The notes under the pieces: generated by a model
Told to the model about the DNA's origin: nothing
The model's input: the letters and a program-made list of their open reading frames with translations, nothing else
Databases searched by the model: none
Assembly (NCBI GenBank): GCA_038230375.1
Contig: JBBRNJ010000034.1
Location: 1 to 64,000 of the forward strand
Direction of reading: 5' to 3'
Length of the DNA stretch: 64,000 nt
Source of the DNA: Polyangiales bacterium
GTDB lineage: Bacteria > Myxococcota_A > Polyangia > Polyangiales > Polyangiaceae
In this document: piece after piece, positions 1 through 9,162 of the stretch
Layout of the letters: every line of letters starts with the position of its first letter
Position numbering within the stretch: position 1 is the stretch's first letter
Translations under genes and position numbers: made by a program

Positions 1-170
1 ACCTCCACGCGGACCTCCGCGGACGTCGCGCCCAGGTCCTGGACATAGGGACCCTTCACGAAGCTCGATCCGGCAGCTCGGGCGCTGCGGGGCAACGCGA
101 GGGCGCCAAGGCCGAAAGCAAGGGCCAGGAGAGCCAAGCAAGCGGACTTCGAAGCGTTTCCGGGGGTCAT
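1..170 (-). CDS. Secreted metallophosphoesterase / purple acid phosphatase-like protein, N-terminus only (runs off window)
   Basis: Manual translation from ATG at 170: MTPGNASKSACLALLALAFGLGALALPRSARAAGSSFVKGPYVQDLGATSAEVRVE. It has a signal peptide followed by KGPYVQ, typical of the N-terminal FN3-like domain of these enzymes. Not in the ORF track. Confidence 0.55.
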   Translation of the reverse strand, partial: MTPGNASKSACLALLALAFGLGALALPRSARAAGSSFVKGPYVQDLGATSAEVRVE

Positions 171-195
171 GGCGCGAAATTCAACGAGGCCTGAA

Positions 196-224
196 TTGAC
201 CCGCCGTCAACGTCAGTCTACCGT
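196..224 (+). promoter_or_regulatory. Putative sigma70-type promoter with an overlapping palindrome
   Basis: TTGACC (196-201), 17 bp spacer, TACCGT (219-224) upstream of the kinase ATG at 278. TTGAC-N5-GTCAA inverted repeat at 196-210. Confidence 0.4.
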
Positions 225-277
225 TTTAGAGCACGGAAAGGGGGCGGCCGAAAGCCGCGACGCAACTGAAGCTCTAG

Positions 278-2344
278 ATGTCACAGCCGCTGCTCGCTCC
301 GCCCGTCACTCCCCATCCGGATGAAGACGGCATGCCGATGCGCTTCGGCAAGTACACCCTCCTTCGCAAACTGGCGAAGGGTGGGATGGCGGAGCTGTTC
401 CTCGCGATCCAGCGGAGCGTCGCCGGCTTCGAGAAGCTGATCGTCATCAAGCGCATCCTGCCGGAGATGAACCAGGATCGCGCGTTCATCGAGATGCTCC
501 TCCACGAGGCGCGCATCGCGGCCACGCTCTCGCACCCGAACATCGTCCAGATCTTCGACGTGGGCGAGGTGAACGGCGTCTACTTCATTGCGATGGAGCA
601 CGTCCACGGAGAGGACCTCCGTTCGATGGTGCGCCAGATGAAGCGGCGCAACGTCCTCGAGTTCCCCATGGAGCACGCGCTCGCGATCACCCTGGGCATG
701 TGCGCCGGCCTCTCGTACGCGCACGAACGGCGCGAGCTCGACGGCACCGCGCTCAACATCGTCCACCGTGACATCTCACCGCAGAACGTGGTCGTCACGT
801 TCTCCGGCGACGTGAAGATCGTCGACTTCGGCATTGCCAAGAGCGACAACAAGACCGGCGAGTCCACGAAGAGCGGCAAGCTCAAAGGCAAGGTCCCGTA
901 CATGTCGCCCGAGCAAGCTCGCGGCGAGCACGTGGACTGGCGGTCGGACATCTTCTCCACCGGCGTCATGCTGTTCGAGCTGACCACCGGCAAGCGCCTC
1001 TTCAAGAGCGCGAGCGAGTACGAGACCCTCAAGATGATCTGCGAGGAGGAGTACCCACGCCCCTCGCGCGTGCGACCCGGCTACCCGCCGGAGCTCGAGC
1101 GAATCGTGATGAAGGCGCTCCTGAAGGATCGCGAGGAGCGCTACCAGAGCGCGCGCGAGATGCAGAGCGACCTCGAGGCGTTCATCCGCCACGAGCGCAT
1201 CGCCGTCAGCAACATCGCGCTCCACGAGTTCATGCAGAGCCTGTTCGAGGAGAAGCTCGCCGCGCAGAAAGAGGCGCTCCTCCAGGGCAAACAGCTCGCC
1301 GACATCATCGAGCTGAACCGCGTCGCAGAGACCACGATGGAGTTCGAGGGGGCGATGTCGCGCCTGGCCGCGGCGAACCTTGCGACCGACTCGCAGCGGC
1401 TCGCGTCCCAGAGCATGCCCGCAGCCGCACACACGGTGACGAACTTCTCGCCGGCGCCGCGCACCAACGTAGGCATGTTCGTGGCGCTCACGCTGATCGG
1501 CATCCTGGGCGTGGGTGGGCTCTCCGGCGTCCTCATCTGGAAGAAGCAGCACACGACCACTGCCTCGTCACCAGCGCCCATGCCCGCGGCCATGTCGCAG
1601 GGCGCGCTCGAGGTGGTCACGGATCCGCCCGGCGCTGCGATCTGGGTGAACGGAGACCTTCGCAAGGAAGTGACTCCATCGAGCGTCCCGCTCCCCATCG
1701 GCTCGAACATCGACGTGAAGGTCACGATGGACGGGTTCGAGCAGCAGAAGACCACGGTCGTCCTGACGGACGCGCGCCCGCGCGACTCCGTGCAGTTCAC
1801 GCTGCGCAAGGGCTCTGTCGTCGTCGACGTTGCCGTGAAGCCGGACGACGCGCACGTGACCATGACCATGGATGGCAAGCCGTTCAACATGACGATCGAC
1901 GGCGTCGCGTCCGGCATCGAGCACAAGGTCGTCGTCACCGCGCCCGGCTACCTCGAGCAGACCTTCGTGTTCCTGGGTGAGCCCATGGAGAAGAAGCACC
2001 TCGACGTGGTCCTCGCGAAGGCGATGGTCTTCCCGAGCGGCAAGGGCGGCAGAGATCCGGTGTCCGTGAGCAGCGCGCCCGTCATTTCGCTCGCGCCCAC
2101 GGGCGATCGCCCCGAGCGCCCTGCGCCCACACCGCAGGGCAACGGCAAGCTGAATGTGGGTGCATCCGGCGGCTGGTGCAACGTCACCGTCGACGGCGTG
2201 CCGCGCGGCGCAACACCCGTTGCCGGACTCGAGATCGCCAGCGGCTCGCATCGCGTGACGTGCACGCCCGAAGGCGGAAAGCCGCAGAGCGCGCAGGTCA
2301 ACGTTCCGGTCGACGGCACGGCGCGCTACAAGTTCACCCTCTGA
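278..2344 (+). CDS. Membrane Ser/Thr protein kinase with extracytoplasmic PEGA domains
   Basis: LAKGGMAELF, IVIKR, HRDISPQN, DFG and YMSPEQ motifs; TM helix; VTDPPGAAIWVNG PEGA repeat. Confidence 0.93.
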   Translation: MSQPLLAPPVTPHPDEDGMPMRFGKYTLLRKLAKGGMAELFLAIQRSVAGFEKLIVIKRILPEMNQDRAFIEMLLHEARIAATLSHPNIVQIFDVGEVNGVYFIAMEHVHGEDLRSMVRQMKRRNVLEFPMEHALAITLGMCAGLSYAHERRELDGTALNIVHRDISPQNVVVTFSGDVKIVDFGIAKSDNKTGESTKSGKLKGKVPYMSPEQARGEHVDWRSDIFSTGVMLFELTTGKRLFKSASEYETLKMICEEEYPRPSRVRPGYPPELERIVMKALLKDREERYQSAREMQSDLEAFIRHERIAVSNIALHEFMQSLFEEKLAAQKEALLQGKQLADIIELNRVAETTMEFEGAMSRLAAANLATDSQRLASQSMPAAAHTVTNFSPAPRTNVGMFVALTLIGILGVGGLSGVLIWKKQHTTTASSPAPMPAAMSQGALEVVTDPPGAAIWVNGDLRKEVTPSSVPLPIGSNIDVKVTMDGFEQQKTTVVLTDARPRDSVQFTLRKGSVVVDVAVKPDDAHVTMTMDGKPFNMTIDGVASGIEHKVVVTAPGYLEQTFVFLGEPMEKKHLDVVLAKAMVFPSGKGGRDPVSVSSAPVISLAPTGDRPERPAPTPQGNGKLNVGASGGWCNVTVDGVPRGATPVAGLEIASGSHRVTCTPEGGKPQSAQVNVPVDGTARYKFTL

Positions 2345-2345
2345 C

Positions 2346-3158
2346 ATGCGCTCCAAGAATTCGACTCGTGTCGTCCTCGCAGCCATGGTCGCGCTCGTCG
2401 CGGCGGTCGGTGTTGCATGCGGGTCCTTCAGCGGTCAGGACGCGCAGGGCAACAACGCCACAGACGGAAGCGCGGAGGCTGCTGCGCCGGTCGACGCTGC
2501 GCCGGTCGATGCCGGCGGCAATGCGCTGGATGGCTCGAAAGCACCCGGCGTGGACGGCGGAGGTGATGGGTCTTGCACGAACGGTCAGCCCGTCTTCGAT
2601 GACGACCTGAACACCGGATTGAACTGGACCGCATCGCCAAGCTTCGGTTGCGTGGTACCCCCCAACTACAACAGCGCTGGCGTCCTCATCGAATGTAGTG
2701 CCGCCGCGGAGAGCTACAACACACTCACGACCAACACCGGCCTTCCGCCAGGTGCTGCCGTCGTCAGGCTCGCCTTCACGCTCCAGGACGTCGCGCAGGA
2801 TGGCGGTGCTCCGCTATACGCGTTTGCCCAGCTGATCGACGCTCTGGGTGCGACGGCCAACCTCACGTTCACCTACGACCCGGCCACCCAGATGGTCGTG
2901 TCCAGCTCCAACGGGACCTTCTACGGCAGCTGGAGCAAGATCGCTACGGGCACCCCCCACGTCCTCGAGGTCTCGTTGCCCCCGAGCCACGATGGCGGCG
3001 CCGCCTTGATGGGCCAGCAGACACTCGATGGCAAGTCTGGAAACACCATCCAGATGCCCATCCGCATGCAGGGGCCTCTCCAGATCGGTACGTATCTCAG
3101 AGCCGACGGGGGCGCGAAGGCTCTCTACCAACACGTCGACATCTGGTCCTGCCCTTAG
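2346..3158 (+). CDS. Hypothetical lipoprotein
   Basis: Signal with lipobox (GVAC), DAA/DAG/DGG low-complexity linker; starts 1 bp after the kinase stop. Confidence 0.7.
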   Translation: MRSKNSTRVVLAAMVALVAAVGVACGSFSGQDAQGNNATDGSAEAAAPVDAAPVDAGGNALDGSKAPGVDGGGDGSCTNGQPVFDDDLNTGLNWTASPSFGCVVPPNYNSAGVLIECSAAAESYNTLTTNTGLPPGAAVVRLAFTLQDVAQDGGAPLYAFAQLIDALGATANLTFTYDPATQMVVSSSNGTFYGSWSKIATGTPHVLEVSLPPSHDGGAALMGQQTLDGKSGNTIQMPIRMQGPLQIGTYLRADGGAKALYQHVDIWSCP

Positions 3159-3163
3159 GTTCT

Positions 3164-4024
3164 CTACCTGACCAGCGCCTCGCTCGGCGCGCTCATGTTG
3201 CCGGCTAGATCGACCGCGCGCACGCCGAGCTTCCGCGTGGGATAGGGCGTCTTCGCGTCCATCCCGCTGGGCGCGAGGTTCGACGTGCTCTCCTCCGTGC
3301 TCCCCAGTGAGATCTTCAGCGTGGGCCCCAGCTCGTCGGCGGTCGCGTAGAGGAGCGGCGGCGTCGTGTAGTCGATCGCGGCGCCCGGCTGCGCGAGCCA
3401 GATCGCGAACCGTACCGCGCCGTCGCTCGTCATGTCGTCCATGGCTCGCGCCGCTTCGAGCAAGATGAGCGGCGAGCCGCACTCCAACTCGACAACGACC
3501 GCTCCGCCAATGCCATGCGCGCGTCTGACCCAGCGCGCAGACGTGAGCCCTGCCCACGTGGGCGCCAGCCTGTCCGGTTCTCCCCCGACCCTGAAGAGCG
3601 CGATCACCAGCGGCGCGACACGCGCGGAGTGCTCGACGGCACGCACCTCGTACAGGCCCACCACCAGGGGCGATGCAGGCCGCAGCACCTCTGTCGCGAA
3701 CGCGCCACTCTCCGAGTGCGTCACGGTGAACGGGATGGATCGCGGAGGCTGCCCGTTGGCAGGTGCTGCGCGCAGCTCCAGGTCCATGGTGACGCCGCTG
3801 CACGCATCGCGCGCGCCGTCCGTGCAGAACCCCGTGGTCCGCCACTCGCGCCGGAGCGTGAGGCGCACCTCTGCGTTCGGCGGCCCCGTGAGGAAGTACG
3901 TGGGGAGCACGCGTACGTCCGCCGCGCGCCCGCAGATGGCATGCGCGCGTGCGGTGACCGACATTGTCGCAGCGAGCGCGAGCAGCCCAAGAGCGCGATA
4001 TGCTCCTCCCATGAGCTTGATCAT
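3164..4024 (-). CDS. Hypothetical secreted protein (start uncertain, 4024 or 4012)
   Basis: Signal peptide ending ARAHA; DRLAPTW and RAVDLAGNMSAPS Ig/FN3-like ending. Confidence 0.65.
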   Translation of the reverse strand: MIKLMGGAYRALGLLALAATMSVTARAHAICGRAADVRVLPTYFLTGPPNAEVRLTLRREWRTTGFCTDGARDACSGVTMDLELRAAPANGQPPRSIPFTVTHSESGAFATEVLRPASPLVVGLYEVRAVEHSARVAPLVIALFRVGGEPDRLAPTWAGLTSARWVRRAHGIGGAVVVELECGSPLILLEAARAMDDMTSDGAVRFAIWLAQPGAAIDYTTPPLLYATADELGPTLKISLGSTEESTSNLAPSGMDAKTPYPTRKLGVRAVDLAGNMSAPSEALVR

Positions 4025-4055
4025 ACCGCGACCGTGCACGAGCGCGATCCATACG

Positions 4056-4520
4056 ATGGTCACGCTCACCTGCATGCTGCACGCGATCGGCTGCGCTGCA
4101 CCATCGCAGGAGCGCTGCACGGCGACGAAGCCCGCGCGACAAATCCGTCCACCGCCCGCGCCACGCCCCGCGCCGCACCCGCTGGTCACGCGCAGGCCAG
4201 AGCAGGTAGAGCTCGCGCTGCTCTCCGCGGACGGTGATGGTGCATGGGTGTTCTTCGCGCCAGAGTCGGACCTCCGCCCGCGTATCGGCGAGTGTTACCG
4301 CGCTGCACTAGACAAGGAGCCCGGCGTGACGGGTCACATGGTCTTCTCGGTGCGGCGTCCTCTCGGCGGTGCGGCATCGGTCGAGCTCGTCACGCGCTCG
4401 GAGCTCCCATCGGTGCTCGTCGACTGCGTCGAGCAGGTGCTGGAGACCTTGCAGACATCCCCTGACCTCGCGCTCTCCCCGAACGTTCCGCCGAGCCACG
4501 TGTACGTGAGCCTGTATTGA
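4056..4520 (+). CDS. Hypothetical lipoprotein with AgmX/PglI C-terminal-like domain
   Basis: 3' part of ORF 3432..4520; IGC lipobox; 'IGECYRAALDKEPGVTGHMVF...LVDCV' pattern. Confidence 0.5.
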   Translation: MVTLTCMLHAIGCAAPSQERCTATKPARQIRPPPAPRPAPHPLVTRRPEQVELALLSADGDGAWVFFAPESDLRPRIGECYRAALDKEPGVTGHMVFSVRRPLGGAASVELVTRSELPSVLVDCVEQVLETLQTSPDLALSPNVPPSHVYVSLY

Positions 4521-4534
4521 GCTACAACTTGGGT

Positions 4535-5950
4535 ATGCGCGCGCCTTATCTCACGCTCCTTTCGGTCGCCTCTCTCATGTCCTTCGCTGGCTTCGTGGCA
4601 TGCAGCTCGTCGTCCTCCGGCAACGCTGGTCCCGGCACCACGGACGACGGCGGCACCGAAGGCGGTAGCACCGACGACGGCTCCGTGTACTCGCTCGACG
4701 CGGCGGCATGCACTTCGGTCCCAGCGGATCCGACCGAGGCGATGCGCACCTCGTGCACGTTCAAGGCAGGCGCGACGGTCGCCGACTCACTCGGCCTGGA
4801 CGCGAAGACACGCGCAGCGCTCCCGATCAGCCACGTCGTCATCGTGCTGAAGGAGAACCGCTCCTTCGACCAGATCTTCGGCGCGCTCAAGCTCTCGCGT
4901 CCCGACGTGGACGGCATCGACGAGCCCTTCATGAACCCAGGGTTCTCCGATGGCGGCGCACCCGTGTCGAGCTTCCACCAGCAGAGCACGTGCGTGAAGG
5001 AAGACCCCGGGCACCAGTGGGACAACATGCACGCCATGTGGGACACCGGAAAGATGGACGGCTTCGTCACGAACGCCGCGGCCACCACCACCGTCAACAG
5101 CGTCGCCACGGTGTCGGACGGCGCGTACGTGATGGGCACGTACGACAGCACGCAGCTGCCGTTCTACTACTTCCTTGCGAACACCTTCGCGCTCGCGGAC
5201 AACTACCATGGTGATGCGCTCGGCGGCACCACGTCGAACCGCGCGTTCTTGCTTGCGGGCAGCTCGCACGGCGTGAAGAACACGGGCACGGACATCTTCC
5301 CGAAGGACGCGGCGATCATTCTCACCGCGCTCGACGCCGCTGGCGTCACCTGGGGCGCGTACACCGACGAGACCTTCCCCTTCGACGGCACGCTCCTCCC
5401 CACGTTCGACAGCACGCACAAGGGTGTCTTCCGCGTGAAGGAATTCTACGCACAGGCGGCCGCCGGTACGCTGCCGCAGGTCACGTTCGTGGACGCCGGA
5501 TTCAACACGCTGGATGAGCACCCGCCCGCGGACCTCCAGCCGGGTGAGGCGTGGACGAAGCACGTCTACGACGCCGTGACCACGAGCCCGCTGTGGCTGA
5601 AGGACGGCAAGGGCATGGCGATGATCTATGCCTACGACGAGAACGGCGGCATGGCCGACCACGCAGTGCCGCCGAAGGCGTGCGTGCCCGGCGCCGACGC
5701 ACCGGAGTTCGACACGTACGGCATGCGCGTCCCGATGGTGCTCATCTCGCCGTTTGCGCGCCGCGGGTACGTCTCGCACAAGCTGCACTCGCACGCGTCG
5801 ATCCTGCGCCTCATCGAGACGCTCCACGACCTCCCGGCGCTGACCGCTCGCGACGCAAACAGCGACGCGCTCCTCGACATGTTCGACTTCGGCTGCGCGC
5901 ACCCCTACCTCCCCACGGCCCCCGCCGCAGGAACGGGCGGCTGCAAGTAA
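4535..5950 (+). CDS. Phospholipase C / phosphoesterase-family lipoprotein
   Basis: ISHVVIVLKENRSFD, GTTSNR, DEHPP, YDENGG, GMRVP and SHASILR motifs; lipobox VAC. Confidence 0.9.
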   Translation: MRAPYLTLLSVASLMSFAGFVACSSSSSGNAGPGTTDDGGTEGGSTDDGSVYSLDAAACTSVPADPTEAMRTSCTFKAGATVADSLGLDAKTRAALPISHVVIVLKENRSFDQIFGALKLSRPDVDGIDEPFMNPGFSDGGAPVSSFHQQSTCVKEDPGHQWDNMHAMWDTGKMDGFVTNAAATTTVNSVATVSDGAYVMGTYDSTQLPFYYFLANTFALADNYHGDALGGTTSNRAFLLAGSSHGVKNTGTDIFPKDAAIILTALDAAGVTWGAYTDETFPFDGTLLPTFDSTHKGVFRVKEFYAQAAAGTLPQVTFVDAGFNTLDEHPPADLQPGEAWTKHVYDAVTTSPLWLKDGKGMAMIYAYDENGGMADHAVPPKACVPGADAPEFDTYGMRVPMVLISPFARRGYVSHKLHSHASILRLIETLHDLPALTARDANSDALLDMFDFGCAHPYLPTAPAAGTGGCK

Positions 5951-5953
5951 AGA

Positions 5954-6073
5954 GTCGAGGTCGAGGTCGAGGTCGAAGTCGAAGTCGAGGTCGAGGTCGA
6001 AGTCGAGGTCGAAGTCGAAGTCGAAGTCGAGGTCGAGGTCGAAGTCGAAGTCGAAGTCGAGGTCGAAGTCGAA
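5954..6073 (+). repeat. Hexamer tandem array (GTCGAR)x20
   Basis: 20 units of GTCGAG/GTCGAA (last-base order GGGAAGGAGAAAGGAAAGAA), beginning 3 bp after the TAA at 5948-5950. Confidence 0.97.
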
Positions 6074-6125
6074 GTCGTCGAGCGCGAGGTTTTGATGGTT
6101 GCTCGCGCGGTGCTATGACGCGCGC

Positions 6126-7130
6126 ATGAGAGCGCTCGTTGCCATTCCGCTTCTGTTCGTCGGCGTGATCGCCGCTTGCTCCTCCACCAACACCACGGTG
6201 ATCCCCGGCGGCGGTGACGGCGGTCCGGGCAGCGGGGTCGACGGTGGTGGTGGTGGTGGTGGCGAGGGCGGCGGCGGTAGTGGGCTCTCGATCGCAGAAG
6301 GCTGCGCGAAGCAGGCCGTCGGGTTCTGCGCGTCGTTCAAGAAGTGCCAGGCGTTCGGCTTCGGCATCGACTTCGCGGACGCAGCGGAGTGCGAGACGAA
6401 CCTCACGACGGCCTGCATCGGTAGCTCGGCGGTTCCGGACTCTAACCGGACCGGTGATGACGCGGCGGCCTGCGGCGTGCTCCTCGGGAACCGGGAGTGC
6501 TCGAACGGCAACGGCTGCGCGGTCGTCCCCGGCAAGCGGCCGACCGGCGCCGCGTGCCAGTACAGCGCGTCGTGTGCGAGCGGGTACTGCGGCGTCGCCG
6601 CGGTGGGCACGTGCGGTATCTGTGTGGACCCCGTTGGGCTGGGCGCAACGTGCAGCGTCACGTCGCCGTGCGACTACACGAAGAACATTTACTGCGGGTC
6701 TGGTGGCAAGTGCATCGCCTACGCGGCAGCGGGCGACGCGTGCGGCATGACGGGGCAGCCGGTGTGCACCTACGGTCTCGCGTGCGTCAACAAGAAGTGC
6801 GGGGTCGGTGGCGCGGTCGGGGACATGTGCGGGAGCTCCGTTCCTTGCGAGACCAACGCCGCCACGTTCTGCGACTCCACGGCCATGAAGTGTACGGCAG
6901 CGACCTTCCTTCCACCGGGCAGCGCGTGCGGCGGCGCCGGGCTGTCGAACTACTGTCGCGGCGGCCTGTGCTCCCCGAACGCAGGGGGCATGGGTTCCGC
7001 GTGCGTGCCGAACCTGCCGGACGGCGCGACCTGCGATCCCATGGCGAAGACCACCGGCCGCTGCGCCACGTTTCTGTCCTGCAACACCAACAACAAGTGC
7101 GGAATTGCCGAGGATCTCGCATGCAACTGA
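6126..7130 (+). CDS. Cysteine-rich lipoprotein (Dickkopf-N-like myxobacterial Cys repeats)
   Basis: IAAC lipobox, poly-Gly linker, repeated GxxC...C...C units. Confidence 0.8.
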   Translation: MRALVAIPLLFVGVIAACSSTNTTVIPGGGDGGPGSGVDGGGGGGGEGGGGSGLSIAEGCAKQAVGFCASFKKCQAFGFGIDFADAAECETNLTTACIGSSAVPDSNRTGDDAAACGVLLGNRECSNGNGCAVVPGKRPTGAACQYSASCASGYCGVAAVGTCGICVDPVGLGATCSVTSPCDYTKNIYCGSGGKCIAYAAAGDACGMTGQPVCTYGLACVNKKCGVGGAVGDMCGSSVPCETNAATFCDSTAMKCTAATFLPPGSACGGAGLSNYCRGGLCSPNAGGMGSACVPNLPDGATCDPMAKTTGRCATFLSCNTNNKCGIAEDLACN

Positions 7131-7170
7131 GCGATTCCCGCGAACAAAGCGCCCGAAATCGCACTGTGTC

Positions 7171-7198
7171 TTGACAGGTACTTCGCCGCGACTAGAGT
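7171..7198 (+). promoter_or_regulatory. Sigma70 promoter of rpsL-rpsG
   Basis: Perfect TTGACA (7171-7176), 16 bp spacer, TAGAGT (7193-7198), about 80 bp upstream of rpsL. Confidence 0.7.
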
Positions 7199-7277
7199 GC
7201 GCGCTCCCCGGAGCTCTGAGGGCAAATAGCGCCTTCCCAGCACCAAATCCCGGGAAACCCGAGAACGGCTAAGAACA

Positions 7278-7676
7278 ATGCCCACGATCAATCAGCTCAT
7301 CAACCATGGCCGTCAGGCTGCCCGTTGGAAGACGGCGTCCCCGGCGCTCAAGCGCTGCCCGCAGAAGCGCGGCGTGTGCGTTCGCGTCTACACGACGACC
7401 CCGAAGAAGCCGAACTCGGCGCTTCGCAAGGTTTGCCGCGTTCGCCTGACCAACCACATGGAAGTGACGAGCTACATCCCGGGCGAGGGACACAACCTCC
7501 AGGAGCACTCGGTCGTCCTCATCCGCGGCGGCCGCGTCAAGGACCTCCCGGGCGTGCGCTACCACGTGGTGCGCGGCACCCTCGACGCATCCGGCGCCAT
7601 CGGCCCGTCGTCGACCAACAAAGTTAACCGGAACCGCAAGCGCTCGAAGTACGGCGTGAAGCGCCCGAAGACCTGA
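7278..7676 (+). CDS. rpsL: 30S ribosomal protein S12
   Basis: [37 protein letters not shown]. Confidence 0.99.
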   Translation: MPTINQLINHGRQAARWKTASPALKRCPQKRGVCVRVYTTTPKKPNSALRKVCRVRLTNHMEVTSYIPGEGHNLQEHSVVLIRGGRVKDLPGVRYHVVRGTLDASGAIGPSSTNKVNRNRKRSKYGVKRPKT

Positions 7677-7703
7677 GCACCTGAGCGTTAAAGGACCAAG
7701 ACA

Positions 7704-8177
7704 ATGCCCCGTCGCCGAGAAGTACCCAAGCGCCGCATCATCCCGGACCCCAAGTTCAACGACAAGTTGATCTCCAAGTTCGTCAACACCCTCATGTACG
7801 GCGGCAAGAAGGCTGTCGCAGAGGGCATCCTCTACGGCGCGCTCGACGTGGTGAAGGAGCGCTTCAAGGAAGAGGAGCCCCTCGAGGTCTTCCGCAAGGC
7901 GCTCGACAACGTCAAGCCCAAGCTCGAAGTGAAGAGCCGCCGCGTCGGTGGTGCGACCTACCAGGTCCCCGTCGAGGTTCGCCCCGAGCGCCGTGTCGCT
8001 CTGGCCATGCGCTGGATCGTGGCCTACGCGCGTGACCGCGGCGAGAAGACGATGCGCGAGCGCCTCGCAGCCGAGTTCATCGACGCGGCCCAGGGTCGCG
8101 GCAACGCGGTGAAGAAGAAGGACGACACGCACAAGATGGCAGACGCGAACAAGGCGTTCGCTCACTATCGCTGGTGA
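7704..8177 (+). CDS. rpsG: 30S ribosomal protein S7
   Basis: [35 protein letters not shown]. Confidence 0.99.
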   Translation: MPRRREVPKRRIIPDPKFNDKLISKFVNTLMYGGKKAVAEGILYGALDVVKERFKEEEPLEVFRKALDNVKPKLEVKSRRVGGATYQVPVEVRPERRVALAMRWIVAYARDRGEKTMRERLAAEFIDAAQGRGNAVKKKDDTHKMADANKAFAHYRW

Positions 8178-8230
8178 GGCGCCGGTGAGGCGCTGGTGAC
8201 TTCGGACTGAGAGGCTCATGCCTCGCAGCA

Positions 8231-8270
8231 AAGGGCTCCGCGACGAAAGTCTCGGGGCCCTTCTCGTTTT
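8231..8270 (+). terminator. Intrinsic terminator after rpsG
   Basis: AAGGGCTCCG-c-GAC-GAAA-GTC-t-CGGGGCCCTT hairpin with a GNRA loop, followed by CTCGTTTT. Confidence 0.8.
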
Positions 8271-8295
8271 CGCAGTTCGCGAGTCGTTTCCCTCT

Positions 8296-9162
8296 TCAGT
8301 CGCTCACGGCCACGGTCACGTTGTCCAGGCGCACACCCCATGGCTGTGTGTTGCTGACGAGGTATGGGAGGCCGACGGTCGCGGACTGACCTTGATTGGT
8401 GTCCGAGCCGGCGAATGCAGGCATCGCGAGATTGCCGAGCTGGGTGCCGTTTGCATCGAAGGCCGCGGCGTGCGGCGTGGGTGTCATCGCGATCTCAATG
8501 GAAATGTGCTGCCAGGCGGAGAAGTCGAGCGCGATCGGCGTCGCGTTCTGGACCGAGCCGCCTTCGTTGTTCTCCGAGTAGACGTCCAGCGTCATCAGCC
8601 CAGCGGTGTAGATAAGGGCGACGCGATAGTCGCCGAAGCCGGACGGAAGCGGAAGGAGGTGAATCTCCAGGATGGAGCCGTATCCGATCTTGTCGAACGC
8701 ATCGAGTCGCACGTCGGCAGAGAGGCGGGCGCGTGTGTGTCCGCTCAAGTTCTCCGTGAGGCTCACGCCGTTGAACATTCCGCCGCCGACGCAGGTGGCG
8801 AGCAGTGACGCAGGCGGTGAGACGGAGGCGTCGAGATCCACGGTGAGGGTGCCCATACCCACGTGAGTGCTGCTCCACCTCGAGAAGCCCCCGTCGGGCT
8901 CGTCGAAGTCGTCGCAGAACGAAGCGCCCTGCGCGTCCGCACAGAAGCGAACAGGAAGGGTCGTCGCATCCACCACAGCACCGGCGTCCGCAGCTGCGCC
9001 ATCGGTGCTCGTTGTGCTGTCGACAAGGCTGTCCGCTTCCCCATCCACTGGGCCCGGTGCGTCGCCCACGAGCCCGCTGAAGGCGACGAGCGCGGAGCAC
9101 GCGCCGAGCGGCGCAGCGATGACGACCAGCGCGAGAAGCGCGTGGAGCTGTCTTCTGCTCAC
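8296..9162 (-). CDS. Hypothetical lipoprotein (FCDDFD-type lectin/ConA-like domain)
   Basis: GTG start overlaps the upstream TGA (GTGA); LGAC lipobox; DAG linker; FCDDFDE and LDNV motifs. Confidence 0.7.
   Translation of the reverse strand: MSRRQLHALLALVVIAAPLGACSALVAFSGLVGDAPGPVDGEADSLVDSTTSTDGAAADAGAVVDATTLPVRFCADAQGASFCDDFDEPDGGFSRWSSTHVGMGTLTVDLDASVSPPASLLATCVGGGMFNGVSLTENLSGHTRARLSADVRLDAFDKIGYGSILEIHLLPLPSGFGDYRVALIYTAGLMTLDVYSENNEGGSVQNATPIALDFSAWQHISIEIAMTPTPHAAAFDANGTQLGNLAMPAFAGSDTNQGQSATVGLPYLVSNTQPWGVRLDNVTVAVSD

Noticed and set aside
5954..6073. Hexamer arrays as a CRISPR array
   Set aside because: Units are 6 bp with no unique spacers, and no cas genes are present in the window.
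5551..6129. Arg-Ser/Arg-Gly repeat 'proteins' (also ORFs 22520..23056, 48093..48494, 62682..63722)
   Set aside because: These are alternative-frame translations of the hexamer arrays that overlap well-supported genes.
6243..6260. (GGT)6 tract and the 9-bp GNA repeat near 55877-55920 as phase-variation sites
   Set aside because: Unit lengths are multiples of three within flexible linkers, so length change would not switch expression.
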